Positions 45,349-56,019 of a stretch of DNA of 64,000 nucleotides are shown here, piece by piece. The position numbers and the translations under genes were made by a program. The stretch is from a virus. Lineage: Duplodnaviria; Caudoviricetes. The stretch lies in IMG/VR virus record IMGVR_UViG_3300031992_000030; one strand, written 5' to 3'. Below the pieces are notes generated by a model. The model was not told the origin of the DNA. It made no database searches and was given only the letters and a program-made list of their open reading frames with translations. The number at the start of each line of letters is the position of its first letter. Position 1 is the stretch's first letter.

Positions 45349-46712
45349 TATTCTTCTTCTCCTCTCTCTCGCATGGTTTCATCATAACAACTAGAACACA
45401 ACCACAAACCATTTATTTCTTGCATTGGCTCTGAATCGTCGGCAAACCATTGATTACAACCTTCGCAATATGTATGATGTTCCATCCAACAATATTCACA
45501 CCAGTCATTACCATCATCATCAGTCCATCTCTCATCTATATCGGTACGCTCACCGCAGTTACAACAATAGAAGATATGACTATCATAGTCTGCACAATCC
45601 TCACAGAACATATATTCTGGGTCTGTTATATATTCATTATTACAACTTAAACACTTAACCTCACTACCAACTACAAATTTGGTATTAGGGCTAACCCACA
45701 AGTATTCATTAAAAGTATAAACCGGGTCATAACAGGTTGATTTTAACAAATCGTTATAATGTAAGCAACAACCATCGTGACAAGTATCTACAACCAACTT
45801 CTTAATAGACTTCAATTTGTGTCCTACCGGGATATAGGGGGCATCAAGGTAAACTTCTCCTGTTTCGGTCTCAACACTAGTTACCTTCTTTGAACGCCAC
45901 AAGTTTTCCCATCTTCTAAATGGACATACCTTTCTCGCAATATCAAGCCCAACTGATGATGCAAACGGATACTGGCGGCCCGCAAACATCATATCTTCTT
46001 TGTCGGAAAAGAAGAGTAATACTCTCCACTTCTTATTATTCCAAGGTACATCACTTGGAAAACGAGGAAGTTTTGTATTTTCATCTGACCTTAAATAGCA
46101 AACAATCGTACAAGCGTCACCCATGTATGACAGATTTCCAGCCTTATATTCTCCATCAAGAGCGTGGCAAGAACGCCAGCCATGGTCATTTTCACTTGTA
46201 CTTAAAAAGTCAAGAGGGTGAACTGAAAAACAGAGAGTACCCTCAACTTTATTCAACTGAATAATTCTACTTGCTTCGTTTATAAAACTTTCTCTTATTT
46301 CCTTATCTTTAACGAAGAACTTAAAGCACTTCATAAGTTTTGTGCCTACCTGTATCTTCTGGTCGCCTTTTTCGGTTTTCACTATCAGATTAGGCTTAGT
46401 GATTCTATTCTCAAAAAAACCTTGTACACCATTTGCAACAAGAAAATCGTGCAAATCTAAAAATCTATAATCTATTACCCTATGTAAAAAATCATTAAAA
46501 TACTTTTCCTGTGCTTTGTCATTAAGAGTAATTGCTACTTTCTCAGGATAAGTCCAAATTAATCCATCAAAAGCTTTAATATATTTCTGTTTATTTTCCT
46601 GCCATTTTTCAAATAAATCATCAGAATTTATTTTCTCAATTGGATAATCTTGAGAATAAGCAATTACCTTATTAAATTGTTTTTGAATTTCTTTATATTC
46701 TTCTTTAACCAT
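45348..46712 (-). CDS. Uncharacterised WxSC-family protein with C-terminal Zn ribbons (paralogue 1)
   Basis: GTLCFSVHPLDFLSTSEN..GWRSCH...GEY.AG...KKWR; CxxC repeats. Confidence 0.75.
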   Translation of the reverse strand: MVKEEYKEIQKQFNKVIAYSQDYPIEKINSDDLFEKWQENKQKYIKAFDGLIWTYPEKVAITLNDKAQEKYFNDFLHRVIDYRFLDLHDFLVANGVQGFFENRITKPNLIVKTEKGDQKIQVGTKLMKCFKFFVKDKEIRESFINEASRIIQLNKVEGTLCFSVHPLDFLSTSENDHGWRSCHALDGEYKAGNLSYMGDACTIVCYLRSDENTKLPRFPSDVPWNNKKWRVLLFFSDKEDMMFAGRQYPFASSVGLDIARKVCPFRRWENLWRSKKVTSVETETGEVYLDAPYIPVGHKLKSIKKLVVDTCHDGCCLHYNDLLKSTCYDPVYTFNEYLWVSPNTKFVVGSEVKCLSCNNEYITDPEYMFCEDCADYDSHIFYCCNCGERTDIDERWTDDDGNDWCEYCWMEHHTYCEGCNQWFADDSEPMQEINGLWLCSSCYDETMRERGEEE

Positions 46713-47754
46713 TTATACTCCCTGAAAATTTGTAACCACATATTGGGCATTCATTATGTTCTTTTGCTTTAAACGCTATATCACACTTAGGACACCAAAC
46801 AACATTATCTATGCAACATTCTGCACAAACTATCTTGGGTTCTTTTTCTCCATAGATATCAAGAGGGACTATTTCATTTTCATAAAACTTTCCATTACAG
46901 AAATAACACTTATAAGTTGCTGGTGTTAACTTATGACCACCCATTTTCCCATATGTATCATACCAATCCTCTTCATCATCCCAACCGGGATAAGAATATG
47001 GTATACTTGGCTTGTACCATCTGTTCATCATTGTAATATTTTCAACATAAATGAACTTCTTTAAGTCTTTAGTCTTTAAGATATTCTCAACCTTATTAAT
47101 CGTATCATACATATGGTCAACGTGGAGGACTTCTGCAACACTATGTTCTCTTACATAACCAATAGAGAGATTAACTCCCGCAATTCCCCATATTGGACAC
47201 AAAACACTAATATCAGTAAAACTACCAAAGTTTTCCTTGAAACCATAACTTTCAATAAAATCTACAAAATCCCTATTATCACAATCATAGAATACACAAT
47301 CTTCACTACCTCTGCGGTCAAGCTGAATAAGAAACTTTAAATCAGACAAAGGCTTATCAATTTCATCTGCTAATTGAAATGCTCCTACACCACCTATTTC
47401 TTCATCAGTAGTAAAAATAATTGAAGGAAGCAACTTAGTTTGCTGAAGGATTTTCAAAATTGCAAAAACTCCGGCTCTATCGTCAGCTCCCAATCCTTGC
47501 GGACTCCATATTACATTTTGTCTTGTATCATAATAAATTTCTTCTGGAGGTGCCTTAAATACTGTATCCATATGAGCTAATAAACCAACAGGAACATCAC
47601 CTACTGCATAGATATAATCTTCTGTTGCTATTATCTTTTTGTACTTTCTTTTAAGATGTGCAAACAAAAGATTTCTCAACTGTTCTTGTGTTAATTCTGC
47701 CAATGCTCTAAATAATTGATAATCGTTTTCACTCATTACTTTCTTTTTTTCCAC
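46705..47754 (-). CDS. M20/M28 Zn-peptidase-like protein with C-terminal Zn ribbon
   Basis: AHMDTV, GADDRAG, DEEIG, QLDRRG, SFTDI, NLSIGY..EH. Confidence 0.85.
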   Translation of the reverse strand: MEKKKVMSENDYQLFRALAELTQEQLRNLLFAHLKRKYKKIIATEDYIYAVGDVPVGLLAHMDTVFKAPPEEIYYDTRQNVIWSPQGLGADDRAGVFAILKILQQTKLLPSIIFTTDEEIGGVGAFQLADEIDKPLSDLKFLIQLDRRGSEDCVFYDCDNRDFVDFIESYGFKENFGSFTDISVLCPIWGIAGVNLSIGYVREHSVAEVLHVDHMYDTINKVENILKTKDLKKFIYVENITMMNRWYKPSIPYSYPGWDDEEDWYDTYGKMGGHKLTPATYKCYFCNGKFYENEIVPLDIYGEKEPKIVCAECCIDNVVWCPKCDIAFKAKEHNECPICGYKFSGSING

Positions 47755-47758
47755 AACG

Positions 47759-48184
47759 TCACCACCAATCTGTATACATTACCACTTCTGTATCCCAGTT
47801 AACCGTCTGTAAAGCGTTTTCACATATTTTTATTGTTTCCTCAAGAGTTTCAAAATACAAATCGTCATAATCAGTATTACCGAAGAAGAAACCAGAAGAA
47901 GTAGGGAGAAGTTCCGGAGCCTTATCACGATATTTAAGAACAAATTCACAAGTTTCCTTCAAGCGTTCCAATTCTCTTTTAGAAACCTCAACATATTCAC
48001 AATTTCCATTTTCTGAATAACCGCAAACATCTACAAACCAACGTCTAATAGCATTAGCTTTTCTCCAATAACCAATCTCTTTAAGAGGAAAATCACACTC
48101 TTTCTGTTCGTCTTGTGTAAGTTCTTCAAAATAGGTTTTCACCATTTTACAATTACCATATTTCAAGTACATATCAAGTCCCAT
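47759..48184 (-). CDS. Conserved phage protein (MGLDMYL...YWRKAN family)
   Basis: MGLDMYL, YWRKANAI..WF, LPT.SGFFFG..DYD. Confidence 0.7.
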   Translation of the reverse strand: MGLDMYLKYGNCKMVKTYFEELTQDEQKECDFPLKEIGYWRKANAIRRWFVDVCGYSENGNCEYVEVSKRELERLKETCEFVLKYRDKAPELLPTSSGFFFGNTDYDDLYFETLEETIKICENALQTVNWDTEVVMYTDWW

Positions 48185-48254
48185 AAATATATCTCCATTT
48201 TTATTTTTCTATATATATTATATCATAAAATAAGTATCTTGTCAATTAAGATTT

Positions 48255-49064
48255 TTATGGTTGAGTATCTAAAGGGTATTTTTCAAAATATTTCTTTGCT
48301 TTCTCTGGATCTGCCATGCGGAACGCCAGATCACACATGTGACATGTACCAGTCTTAGTACATTTTTGACCGCAGAACATACGGGTTCTTGTAAATTCTG
48401 GAATTATCATTCGATTTGCGGCGTCCTTGTCCCCGAGATTGTTGATGATCTGGGACAAGTTTCCCGGCCACTCGTGTTCTTCTGCGTAAATTCTATACAA
48501 TGCCCTTTCCTTTTTGAGCCAATTATTTAAATCCTTGTCAATTGAGGGAAAGAACTCAACAACAGAAACATATTCTTCATAGAGGGCCAGATCCTCCGGT
48601 CTTATCCACGGGCCGCACAGTCCATTTGCTCTTGGTAATCCATCTACGTTTGCTTCATTTGCATATACCCTAACTTCTGGTATATCTGGTAAATGTTCTA
48701 AATCAAAAAAGAGGGGCGCCGCAATATACACATACTCCACTCCGAGTTCACGTAGGGCCTGGAGGTCGTAATAATTAGAAACTGGTCGTGCGTGATAGAA
48801 GTCAATTCCTTCTTCTTTTGCTCTTAAACAATCTTGAATATTATCAAGACAAAGTACAAAACCCTTTTTCTTAACACTATTCAAGGCTTTAATTTCTTTC
48901 CAATCAATTTTATCATTATTTCTATCGTGTCTTAAAATAATAGTTGCTTCTGGGTAATCATCAAAATAAGACTTGATACCCTTTCTATCATTATACATAA
49001 ACATAATTTCATCTGCTTTAGCCAGATATTCTTTTGTTTGCTTTGCTGATAAACAAAACTTCAT
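48255..49064 (-). CDS. Peptidase U32-like protein (divergent)
   Basis: FDL..L...R...N, WIRPEDL..Y, terminal C.QKC...C..C cluster. Confidence 0.45.
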   Translation of the reverse strand: MKFCLSAKQTKEYLAKADEIMFMYNDRKGIKSYFDDYPEATIILRHDRNNDKIDWKEIKALNSVKKKGFVLCLDNIQDCLRAKEEGIDFYHARPVSNYYDLQALRELGVEYVYIAAPLFFDLEHLPDIPEVRVYANEANVDGLPRANGLCGPWIRPEDLALYEEYVSVVEFFPSIDKDLNNWLKKERALYRIYAEEHEWPGNLSQIINNLGDKDAANRMIIPEFTRTRMFCGQKCTKTGTCHMCDLAFRMADPEKAKKYFEKYPLDTQP

Positions 49065-49079
49065 TCCTTTACCTCCCCT

Positions 49080-49283
49080 TTATTTTAAGTCTAAATTACT
49101 TTTAATACGGTTCTTTACATCTTCTATCCCTTTCATACGCCCATCAAAATAGCCTTGGTCATATGCGGCTTTTCTTACAGCCTCAATATACTTTATAGCT
49201 TCTTCCGATAAAATTTCTGTGCATACGGGGGTGTTTTTTTCGGCGGTTGCGGTACTACTTTCTAACAAATCCTTAAATTTCAT
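49080..49283 (-). CDS. Hypothetical protein
   Basis: GGAGG RBS. Confidence 0.55.
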   Translation of the reverse strand: MKFKDLLESSTATAEKNTPVCTEILSEEAIKYIEAVRKAAYDQGYFDGRMKGIEDVKNRIKSNLDLK

Positions 49284-49353
49284 ATTTGTTCCTCCTTATA
49301 CTCGAAAAGGGGTCTCAGGTGAGACCCCTCATTAATTTGATATTTAAGACTTA

Positions 49354-49776
49354 TTAAGCAATCTTATAAGCCTTAACAGTTCTTGCTCTCTTACCCTCGC
49401 CACCGGGGATCTTTACGTCAGTCTTTTCAGCATTACCAGCCTCAACAAGTGCGTTCAATCTGTATGTGACCTTGGCTATTGTAGCCTCAGGGTCCTCGAT
49501 CTTAGCGGCGATGTCAGCGATTGTAGCAAAGTTATCTGTAAGAGCTGCAACTACTGCATCTGTAAGAGCATCGGGTTCAGCAGCCTTCTTAGCCTTTCTC
49601 TCCTTGGCCTTGACTGCCGCATTGTCAAGCAACTCAATCTCGTGCTTAGCGAATGTAGCAAGAGCCTCAGCAGGAACCTCTACCTTGGCACCCTCTGCAT
49701 CTGTGTAGGCGAATTCGCCATTCTCAACATAGTTTACGATTGCTGCGAATACATTTCTCTTTGTGAACTTCTCCAT
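49354..49776 (-). CDS. Winged-helix DNA-binding protein (family with 59072 and 63676)
   Basis: TIADIA...TIAKVTYRLNALVEAG; strongly biased codon usage; flanked by promoter and terminator. Confidence 0.65.
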   Translation of the reverse strand: MEKFTKRNVFAAIVNYVENGEFAYTDAEGAKVEVPAEALATFAKHEIELLDNAAVKAKERKAKKAAEPDALTDAVVAALTDNFATIADIAAKIEDPEATIAKVTYRLNALVEAGNAEKTDVKIPGGEGKRARTVKAYKIA

Positions 49777-49975
49777 AATGTTACCTTTTTTAACCTTTCT
49801 GTTTTTCATTTTCTTTTATATATATATTATATCATTTTTTTACTTCTTTGTCAACGACTTTTTTATTATCTTGTCAAAGAAGTTCACTCTTTATAAAAAG
49901 TATATCTTTCTTACTTTTTACACTTATATTATAACATTTTTTTGTTTCTTTGTCAAGAAGAATTTTTCAAACCAC

Positions 49976-51709
49976 TTATAAATTTGTTTTTATGACAACG
50001 TCAAGGTGTTTAGTGGTTGAAGTAGGATGACATTCATATCTACGGGCATAACTTGTAGCCTCATTTGGATTATCAAAAGTATTATCTGCTTTAATAATTC
50101 TATATGTCAAGTTAGAGGTAAGTGTTGTAATAAGTTCTTGAGACAAAAGGCCCCATAACTTAATATCACATTCTTCCCCATATTTATCCACAAGTTCACA
50201 TCCACGCTCAGTAAGGTCTTCATAATAAATTATAAATCCCTCTGAATAACTATATCTGTTCGGAATATAGGTGTGGAAATGATGAATTGTTGAAGTAAAA
50301 TCTTTGAGGTATTCATTGAAGTTATGGTAGAAATTATCAAAATCTACAAAAAACTTGTAATACTTTTTATTTTTTCTATCAACAATGTTCAAACTTATTG
50401 GGTCTGCCAACTTCACTTCGCCATCATCAAAGGGGTTATCATGTAATTCATCATAACAACTATCGCAATAATAGCAATCACCTATTCTATGTAATTCATT
50501 AAGATCATACTCCCACTCTCCGCAATTATCACAGTAATACTTGGTAGGAGCACAATCTTCACAAACAAGGCTGCCCTCATTACCTTCATCAAGATAACCA
50601 ACTTCGCCACAATACATACAAACAAAGTTGCCGGAATATGTACAGTACAAACTATCATCTTTGTGGTCACCATTGGTTATATAGTAAAAATGACGAGTAT
50701 ATGACTCGTTAATGTCATTATACATATAACCAGTGTCAAAAGTTACGTAATCATAACCACCAAAAGTCCAATTATCATAGTCGGGGATCCATTTGTCGTA
50801 CTCAGTCTGGAAATCATTCCAACCAAGATTCTTCTCAACAAGCTCTCTAATCCAAGTAAGACAAGCCAAAGTAAGTTCATCACTCTCGTAAGGATAGGCC
50901 TTAATATCCATAATGAGTTCAGGCTTAACAATAAACAACTCACGCCATTTCTTGCTATTCCACTCACTACCACCGGGCATAGTCATAGTCTTATTATCAG
51001 ACTTAAAATATCCAACAACAACCATTTCAGAATTCATCATTTCAACTGTGCCACTTCTGTAACAACCCTTTTTCTTCCAAGACATACAGGAATCCCAATT
51101 TGACTCATTATCACTCATTGTCATATAGTCGAGGGGGTGAATTGAAAGACAAAGTGTCCCCTCAAGCTTTGCGGTATTCAGAGCCATAGAATGGTCTATT
51201 CTAAACTCCTCATATCCCTCATCTATTCCAATCCACTTTGCTATCTTACCAATGAGAGGTACAACCTTTGAGTTCTTCTGTGCAGAAAACTTCTTGATTT
51301 CTCCATTGGGGTTAATAGCCTCAAGAATAAACTCATTTTCAATTCTATTCTTTGCAAGAGTTTCAACTCTTGTTACCTGCTCAAGTACCCAGTTGGGAGA
51401 ATCAGATCTTACCTTAGAATAATCATATAAGGCACTCATAAATCTTGAAATGAACTTTTTATGCTTTGTTGCAACTTCATACATTCTATCTCTAACAGCT
51501 TTAAACGGTTCACGAATTGCAAAAGGCTTCTCGATAATGAAATTATTGCCGAGCATCCTATAAAGATAGGAGTCCTTATACTCATTCCAATAACGCATAA
51601 TTTTCTCAAGTGAGGCTCGTCTCTGATAACCCTCCGGGAGAGCATATTCATCAATATAATCTTCCATCATTGTCTTCTCATTAGCAGGAATCAAATCAAA
51701 TAAATTCAT
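49976..51709 (-). CDS. Uncharacterised WxSC-family protein (paralogue 2)
   Basis: GTLCLSIHPLDYMTMSDN..NWDSCMSW...GCYRSGTVEMMNS...KKWRELF...KAYPY. Confidence 0.75.
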   Translation of the reverse strand: MNLFDLIPANEKTMMEDYIDEYALPEGYQRRASLEKIMRYWNEYKDSYLYRMLGNNFIIEKPFAIREPFKAVRDRMYEVATKHKKFISRFMSALYDYSKVRSDSPNWVLEQVTRVETLAKNRIENEFILEAINPNGEIKKFSAQKNSKVVPLIGKIAKWIGIDEGYEEFRIDHSMALNTAKLEGTLCLSIHPLDYMTMSDNESNWDSCMSWKKKGCYRSGTVEMMNSEMVVVGYFKSDNKTMTMPGGSEWNSKKWRELFIVKPELIMDIKAYPYESDELTLACLTWIRELVEKNLGWNDFQTEYDKWIPDYDNWTFGGYDYVTFDTGYMYNDINESYTRHFYYITNGDHKDDSLYCTYSGNFVCMYCGEVGYLDEGNEGSLVCEDCAPTKYYCDNCGEWEYDLNELHRIGDCYYCDSCYDELHDNPFDDGEVKLADPISLNIVDRKNKKYYKFFVDFDNFYHNFNEYLKDFTSTIHHFHTYIPNRYSYSEGFIIYYEDLTERGCELVDKYGEECDIKLWGLLSQELITTLTSNLTYRIIKADNTFDNPNEATSYARRYECHPTSTTKHLDVVIKTNL

Positions 51710-51784
51710 ATTAAATATACCTCTTTATCATTTTTCATATATATATTATATCATATTTTTATAAAGTTGTCAATATTGCTTTTT

Positions 51785-53512
51785 TTAAAGCGATATATTA
51801 AATATATGAACTCCTTTTGTTGCTATCTCTTTTATACGAATACAGATAGCTCTTTCCCACTTGTCGATTTCTTTTGCCGATTCAATGCTTTTTGTTTCAA
51901 CAGAAGAGTTAATATCAATAGGAAAATCATATCTACGACCTTCCATCTTTTCACCATATTCCTCGCACTTATTTTTTCCTGCTTCGGTCAACTCATCTTC
52001 GTAAACAAAATAACTTTTTGCAGCCTCATATATTCCAAATCCATCAGATTCTATTCTGGAATAAAGATGTATCGCTTTAAGATAGTCACTCATTTCTTTC
52101 TGATTATTACGTAAAGTGCTATAAGTTGTAAACATTGTTGTCCTAAGTTCTTTAGTTTCTCTATCTAATACATAAAGAAGTGAATTGTCATAAATAGGCA
52201 ATTTTTCACCCGTTACAAAATCGGTATGAAGTTCATTATAACATACTTCACAATATGGTACTTCATTCTCTCCAACAAAACAAATACTGTCAATATCAGG
52301 AATTAAAGAACAACCACAACACGAACACTCTGTGGGCCTACATCCATCACAAATGATAGTACCACCATTATCATTACAATCGTCATAATTATTACCTACG
52401 TTACCACAAGCCATACAAACAAAAGGGCCCGAGTAGATAATATAACTTCTCTCACCTACTTTATGATTTACACCTTCATAAATGAAGTGTCTATAATGTT
52501 CATCTTGTGCTATATCGTTATACATATAATTGGTCTGAAAACAATATCCCTCATTTATAAGGAAATCATTATCACCACTCTTGCAATCATTCTGATATTT
52601 CCAACCAATATTCTCGGTTACAAGTTCTTTTAACCAATTCATACAAAACATAGTTAAGTCATCACTCATAAAAGGGTAAGACTTTACATTAACAATACAA
52701 TCTTCATTTACAATAAAAAGTTCTCTCCACTTTTTATTATTCCACTTTTCATAGTTAGCACCATTCCAGCATAAATTCATATCATTCTTGCTCTTAAGAT
52801 AAGCAACAACTACATAGGGAGAATTCATCATTTCGATAGTGCCCTGTCTATAACACCCCTCTTCCTTCCAAGACATACAAGAGCTCCAATCACTATCATT
52901 ATCACTCATAGTCATATAATCCAAAGGGTGGATAGAAAGACACATAGTACCCTTTAAAGTTTTTGTATTCATCGCCATAGACTGAGCAAGTCTTACCTGC
53001 TCAAATAAGTTCTTGTCTATATCATAGTAATCTACAATTTTAGAAAGAATACGAATTACTTTTGCGCCCTTCTGAAGATGTATTTTTATAGGGGGTTTTG
53101 TTGCACTCTCAAGCGTAAGAATATCTCCGTGGTCAGCCAAGTAGTCTTGATCCAAACGACCTAAAGACAGCAAATATGCTCCTGAAAATGAAGCAATCAG
53201 ATTTCTTATCCAAATATACTCTACTGTTTCACTTACAGCATCATAAATTAAATCGTGTAATGTATTCACGACCTGCTCTTTCCTGAGTTTTCTCTCAATA
53301 TCGAGTTGTGTCTCTGTATAACAAACCTCACGCTGAAGGATAAACTTATCCTTAAATATCTGAGCCAATAAAGATTCGCTCTTACAATAATCCCACTCTT
53401 TTAAAACCTTTTCAACAGAAGCTGTTCTCTTTACATTTATTTCAAGATTTTCATCAATATATTTACCAATCTTCTTCTTATCTTCAAGTGTAAGTCTATC
53501 AATCAAACTCAT
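51785..53512 (-). CDS. Uncharacterised WxSC-family protein (paralogue 3)
   Basis: GTMCLSIHPLDYMTMSDN..DWSSCMSW...GCYRQGTIEMMNS...KKWRELF...KSYPF. Confidence 0.75.
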   Translation of the reverse strand: MSLIDRLTLEDKKKIGKYIDENLEINVKRTASVEKVLKEWDYCKSESLLAQIFKDKFILQREVCYTETQLDIERKLRKEQVVNTLHDLIYDAVSETVEYIWIRNLIASFSGAYLLSLGRLDQDYLADHGDILTLESATKPPIKIHLQKGAKVIRILSKIVDYYDIDKNLFEQVRLAQSMAMNTKTLKGTMCLSIHPLDYMTMSDNDSDWSSCMSWKEEGCYRQGTIEMMNSPYVVVAYLKSKNDMNLCWNGANYEKWNNKKWRELFIVNEDCIVNVKSYPFMSDDLTMFCMNWLKELVTENIGWKYQNDCKSGDNDFLINEGYCFQTNYMYNDIAQDEHYRHFIYEGVNHKVGERSYIIYSGPFVCMACGNVGNNYDDCNDNGGTIICDGCRPTECSCCGCSLIPDIDSICFVGENEVPYCEVCYNELHTDFVTGEKLPIYDNSLLYVLDRETKELRTTMFTTYSTLRNNQKEMSDYLKAIHLYSRIESDGFGIYEAAKSYFVYEDELTEAGKNKCEEYGEKMEGRRYDFPIDINSSVETKSIESAKEIDKWERAICIRIKEIATKGVHIFNISL

Positions 53513-53610
53513 ATCAATTTACCTCTCTTATTTTTCTATATATATTATAGCATAAAAATAAGGTTTTGTCAATATAATTTTAAGCCACCAGAAAAACCGG
53601 TGGCTTAAAA

Positions 53611-53733
53611 TTAGAAAGCAGGAATCCAATGACCGCAAGCCGGACATACGAAGTGCGGCCATGGTTCTACCCAGATTTCGTAATCCTCAAATTCCCAAAG
53701 TCTTCCACAAGTACACTGCTTTACATAACGCAT
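53611..53733 (-). CDS. 40-aa Zn-ribbon protein (below the ORF-track cutoff)
   Basis: MRYVKQCTCG...CPACGHWIPAF with GGAGGT RBS, followed by a terminator hairpin. Confidence 0.6.
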   Translation of the reverse strand: MRYVKQCTCGRLWEFEDYEIWVEPWPHFVCPACGHWIPAF

Positions 53734-53734
53734 C

Positions 53735-54448
53735 TTACTTCACCTCCGAGCATCTCGTGAGCACGGTCTGGCGCACGTTTCTATAAGTCTTATGTTCTTT
53801 TACAGTTCCCTTTATATTCTTTTTGGAACCTACCGCCCAATCTTTAGCCGTTGTTGACCAAACAAATACATTTCCGTCATCAGACCGCATAACGTGCATG
53901 TGCTGGATTCCGTAGTAACCCTCGAGTGTGATATTCTTCTCTACTGTTACTTCAACGACAATTCTCTCTCCAACTGTTCCAACGAACTGAGATTCATCTT
54001 CAGGATAAATAAGAGATTCAAGATAAGCCTTAATCTCACTTTCCTTCTTGAGAGTTTCATCATTGACGGCTACCTTTTCCCATTCAACCTTTTTAGTTGT
54101 AAGTCCCTCGGGAAGTTCCAAGTCCTCAACATTGATGTCACTTACAAAATACCAATTAAAAAGGTTGTTAAATCTACCGCCGTGCTCCTTGATCCAGTCC
54201 TTGTGCTCATAGGACTCGCCGCACACTATGTTTATATAACCCTTATCAAAACCGAGGATGTTCTTTAGAGGCTTTAACTTCTTAGTCATTGCTTCTTCTG
54301 GGTACATCTTAGCATACTGAGCATCAGAATACCATCTTACTTTCTTTTTTGTATCTACATTTGTATAAATGTATACATAAGACTTTCCATTTTCTACAAA
54401 AGGCTCACCTATAATTGTATACTTCTGATAAGATTTCGCAACAGGCAT
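53735..54448 (-). CDS. Phage protein with C-terminal OB-fold-like domain
   Basis: S.FVG.VGER...GNVFVW.T...IKGTVKEH..YR.V.QT.LTR. Confidence 0.65.
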   Translation of the reverse strand: MPVAKSYQKYTIIGEPFVENGKSYVYIYTNVDTKKKVRWYSDAQYAKMYPEEAMTKKLKPLKNILGFDKGYINIVCGESYEHKDWIKEHGGRFNNLFNWYFVSDINVEDLELPEGLTTKKVEWEKVAVNDETLKKESEIKAYLESLIYPEDESQFVGTVGERIVVEVTVEKNITLEGYYGIQHMHVMRSDDGNVFVWSTTAKDWAVGSKKNIKGTVKEHKTYRNVRQTVLTRCSEVK

Positions 54449-54642
54449 ATTAAAAACCTCACTTTCATTTTCTATATATATTATAGCATAAAAAGTGAGG
54501 TTTGTCAATATAAATTTATTTAATACGACATTTTCGTTGTCGTAAATAGTCCTTGAGATGATACTTTGCCCAAATCAAAAACTCTATTAACCCATAAAAA
54601 ACAAAACTACCGATAAGGGTTAAAATTAAAAATACAAGTAAA

Positions 54643-54837
54643 TCATTTATTATCATAACTATATCTATATAAATCTATACAAGTAATAAAAAACCATAAT
54701 CCAGCAGCTACAAACCACCCAATACCGCCTTGTCCGCTAATCATATACTGCAAAGCATTATAGAGGTTTAACATAAATAATAAGCTATCAAATCCTAACT
54801 TTAAGCATATGAGTAAACAAGTTTTAATATCATTCAC
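54643..54837 (-). CDS. Small membrane protein
   Basis: Two hydrophobic segments. Confidence 0.5.
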   Translation of the reverse strand: MNDIKTCLLICLKLGFDSLLFMLNLYNALQYMISGQGGIGWFVAAGLWFFITCIDLYRYSYDNK

Positions 54838-55057
54838 CGTCTTTTACCTCCACTACAAGGGCTCCAAATGTTACCCCATGTTCATTAACATATTTAGCAG
54901 TACACAGATCTCCAACTATTGTCATATCTAAAAGCCAATAAGGCATATCACAAAGAAAACCCCTGTAAGCTGGTTCTTCCTCATCATCTTCTGGTTTCCA
55001 CACTATGATATTAGTGTCGAACATATCAAAAAGTTTAAGTAATTTTCTTAATTTCAT
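54830..55057 (-). CDS. Hypothetical protein (similar to 59719)
   Basis: MKL..LL...W...D.E.P...G...D.P..L. Confidence 0.55.
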   Translation of the reverse strand: MKLRKLLKLFDMFDTNIIVWKPEDDEEEPAYRGFLCDMPYWLLDMTIVGDLCTAKYVNEHGVTFGALVVEVKDGE

Positions 55058-55059
55058 AT

Positions 55060-55260
55060 TTAAATCTCCTCCTCACATACCGGACACTCATGTCCATTCT
55101 CCATAAATACCTCGGGGTAGTCTGCAAACAGAATCGGCTCGCCGCACTCTGGACACTCGAACCAGAGATCTTCTTGTGCTACTTCATCCTCATCACAATA
55201 GCAAGACCGCACTCCATATGTATCAACCATATACTTTACATACTCTTCTGGTGTCATCAT
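55060..55260 (-). CDS. Zn-ribbon protein
   Basis: CPECG...CPVC. Confidence 0.65.
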   Translation of the reverse strand: MMTPEEYVKYMVDTYGVRSCYCDEDEVAQEDLWFECPECGEPILFADYPEVFMENGHECPVCEEEI

Positions 55261-55274
55261 GTTCTTTTTCTCCT

Positions 55275-55529
55275 TTAAGCCAAGTCCTTTATAAGAATTG
55301 TATAAGCGTGTCCTTCCTCGTCTTCATGTCCTTCCTTTTTATACAGAAAATATACATTAATATATTTCCCATTTTTAGACATTTCCGTTCTCAAAAACTC
55401 TATACTATCCCAATATGTACCTTTTCTTTTGTTACAATAGCAGTCAATGGCATGTTCTGTCGCTTTTTCCGCTGAAGCAAATACGCCACAATATTCATCA
55501 TTACTATCTATCAAAACATAAGCCTTCAT
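55275..55529 (-). CDS. Hypothetical protein (tandem family, copy 1)
   Basis: MKAYVLID...YCGVFASAEKA. Confidence 0.6.
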   Translation of the reverse strand: MKAYVLIDSNDEYCGVFASAEKATEHAIDCYCNKRKGTYWDSIEFLRTEMSKNGKYINVYFLYKKEGHEDEEGHAYTILIKDLA

Positions 55530-55534
55530 ATATA

Positions 55535-55780
55535 TCACCTATTATGCTGCAACCAAGTCCTTAAAATTGCAAAATCACTATATGACAAATCAAATTTTTT
55601 GTTAATAGCAATAACTTCTGTTATATCTTCGTTAATTTCATTAAATTTTATTTCCAGATACTCATTATTTAAACGCTCTTTGTAAAGTTTAAAAGCATCA
55701 GCTACGGCATCTTCTTTTGAGGCATATGTACCGAAACATTCGTTGTCATTATCTGTTATGGTATAATAATAAAATCCCAT
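55535..55780 (-). CDS. Hypothetical protein (tandem family, copy 2)
   Basis: YYTITD...FGTYASKEDA. Confidence 0.6.
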   Translation of the reverse strand: MGFYYYTITDNDNECFGTYASKEDAVADAFKLYKERLNNEYLEIKFNEINEDITEVIAINKKFDLSYSDFAILRTWLQHNR

Positions 55781-55785
55781 AAAAT

Positions 55786-56019
55786 CTACTCCATTTCATC
55801 TATCTCTCTTATAAAGATTGTAAAAGGATTCACTTCCCTTTCTTCATCAAACGGATTTGTAACTGTAAAATAAACTTCAATTTTTCTTCCATCTTCAGAC
55901 TTTTCCGTTCTTGAAAACTTTGTTTTTGAATATTGCTCAATAGCGGCCAGTGCCTTTTCTACAGAGGAGTATACACCATTATAACCGTTATTCCAATCCA
56001 TCAAGACATAAACTTTCAT
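55786..56019 (-). CDS. Hypothetical protein (tandem family, copy 3)
   Basis: MKVYVLMD...YNGVYSSVEKA. Confidence 0.6.
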   Translation of the reverse strand: MKVYVLMDWNNGYNGVYSSVEKALAAIEQYSKTKFSRTEKSEDGRKIEVYFTVTNPFDEEREVNPFTIFIREIDEME

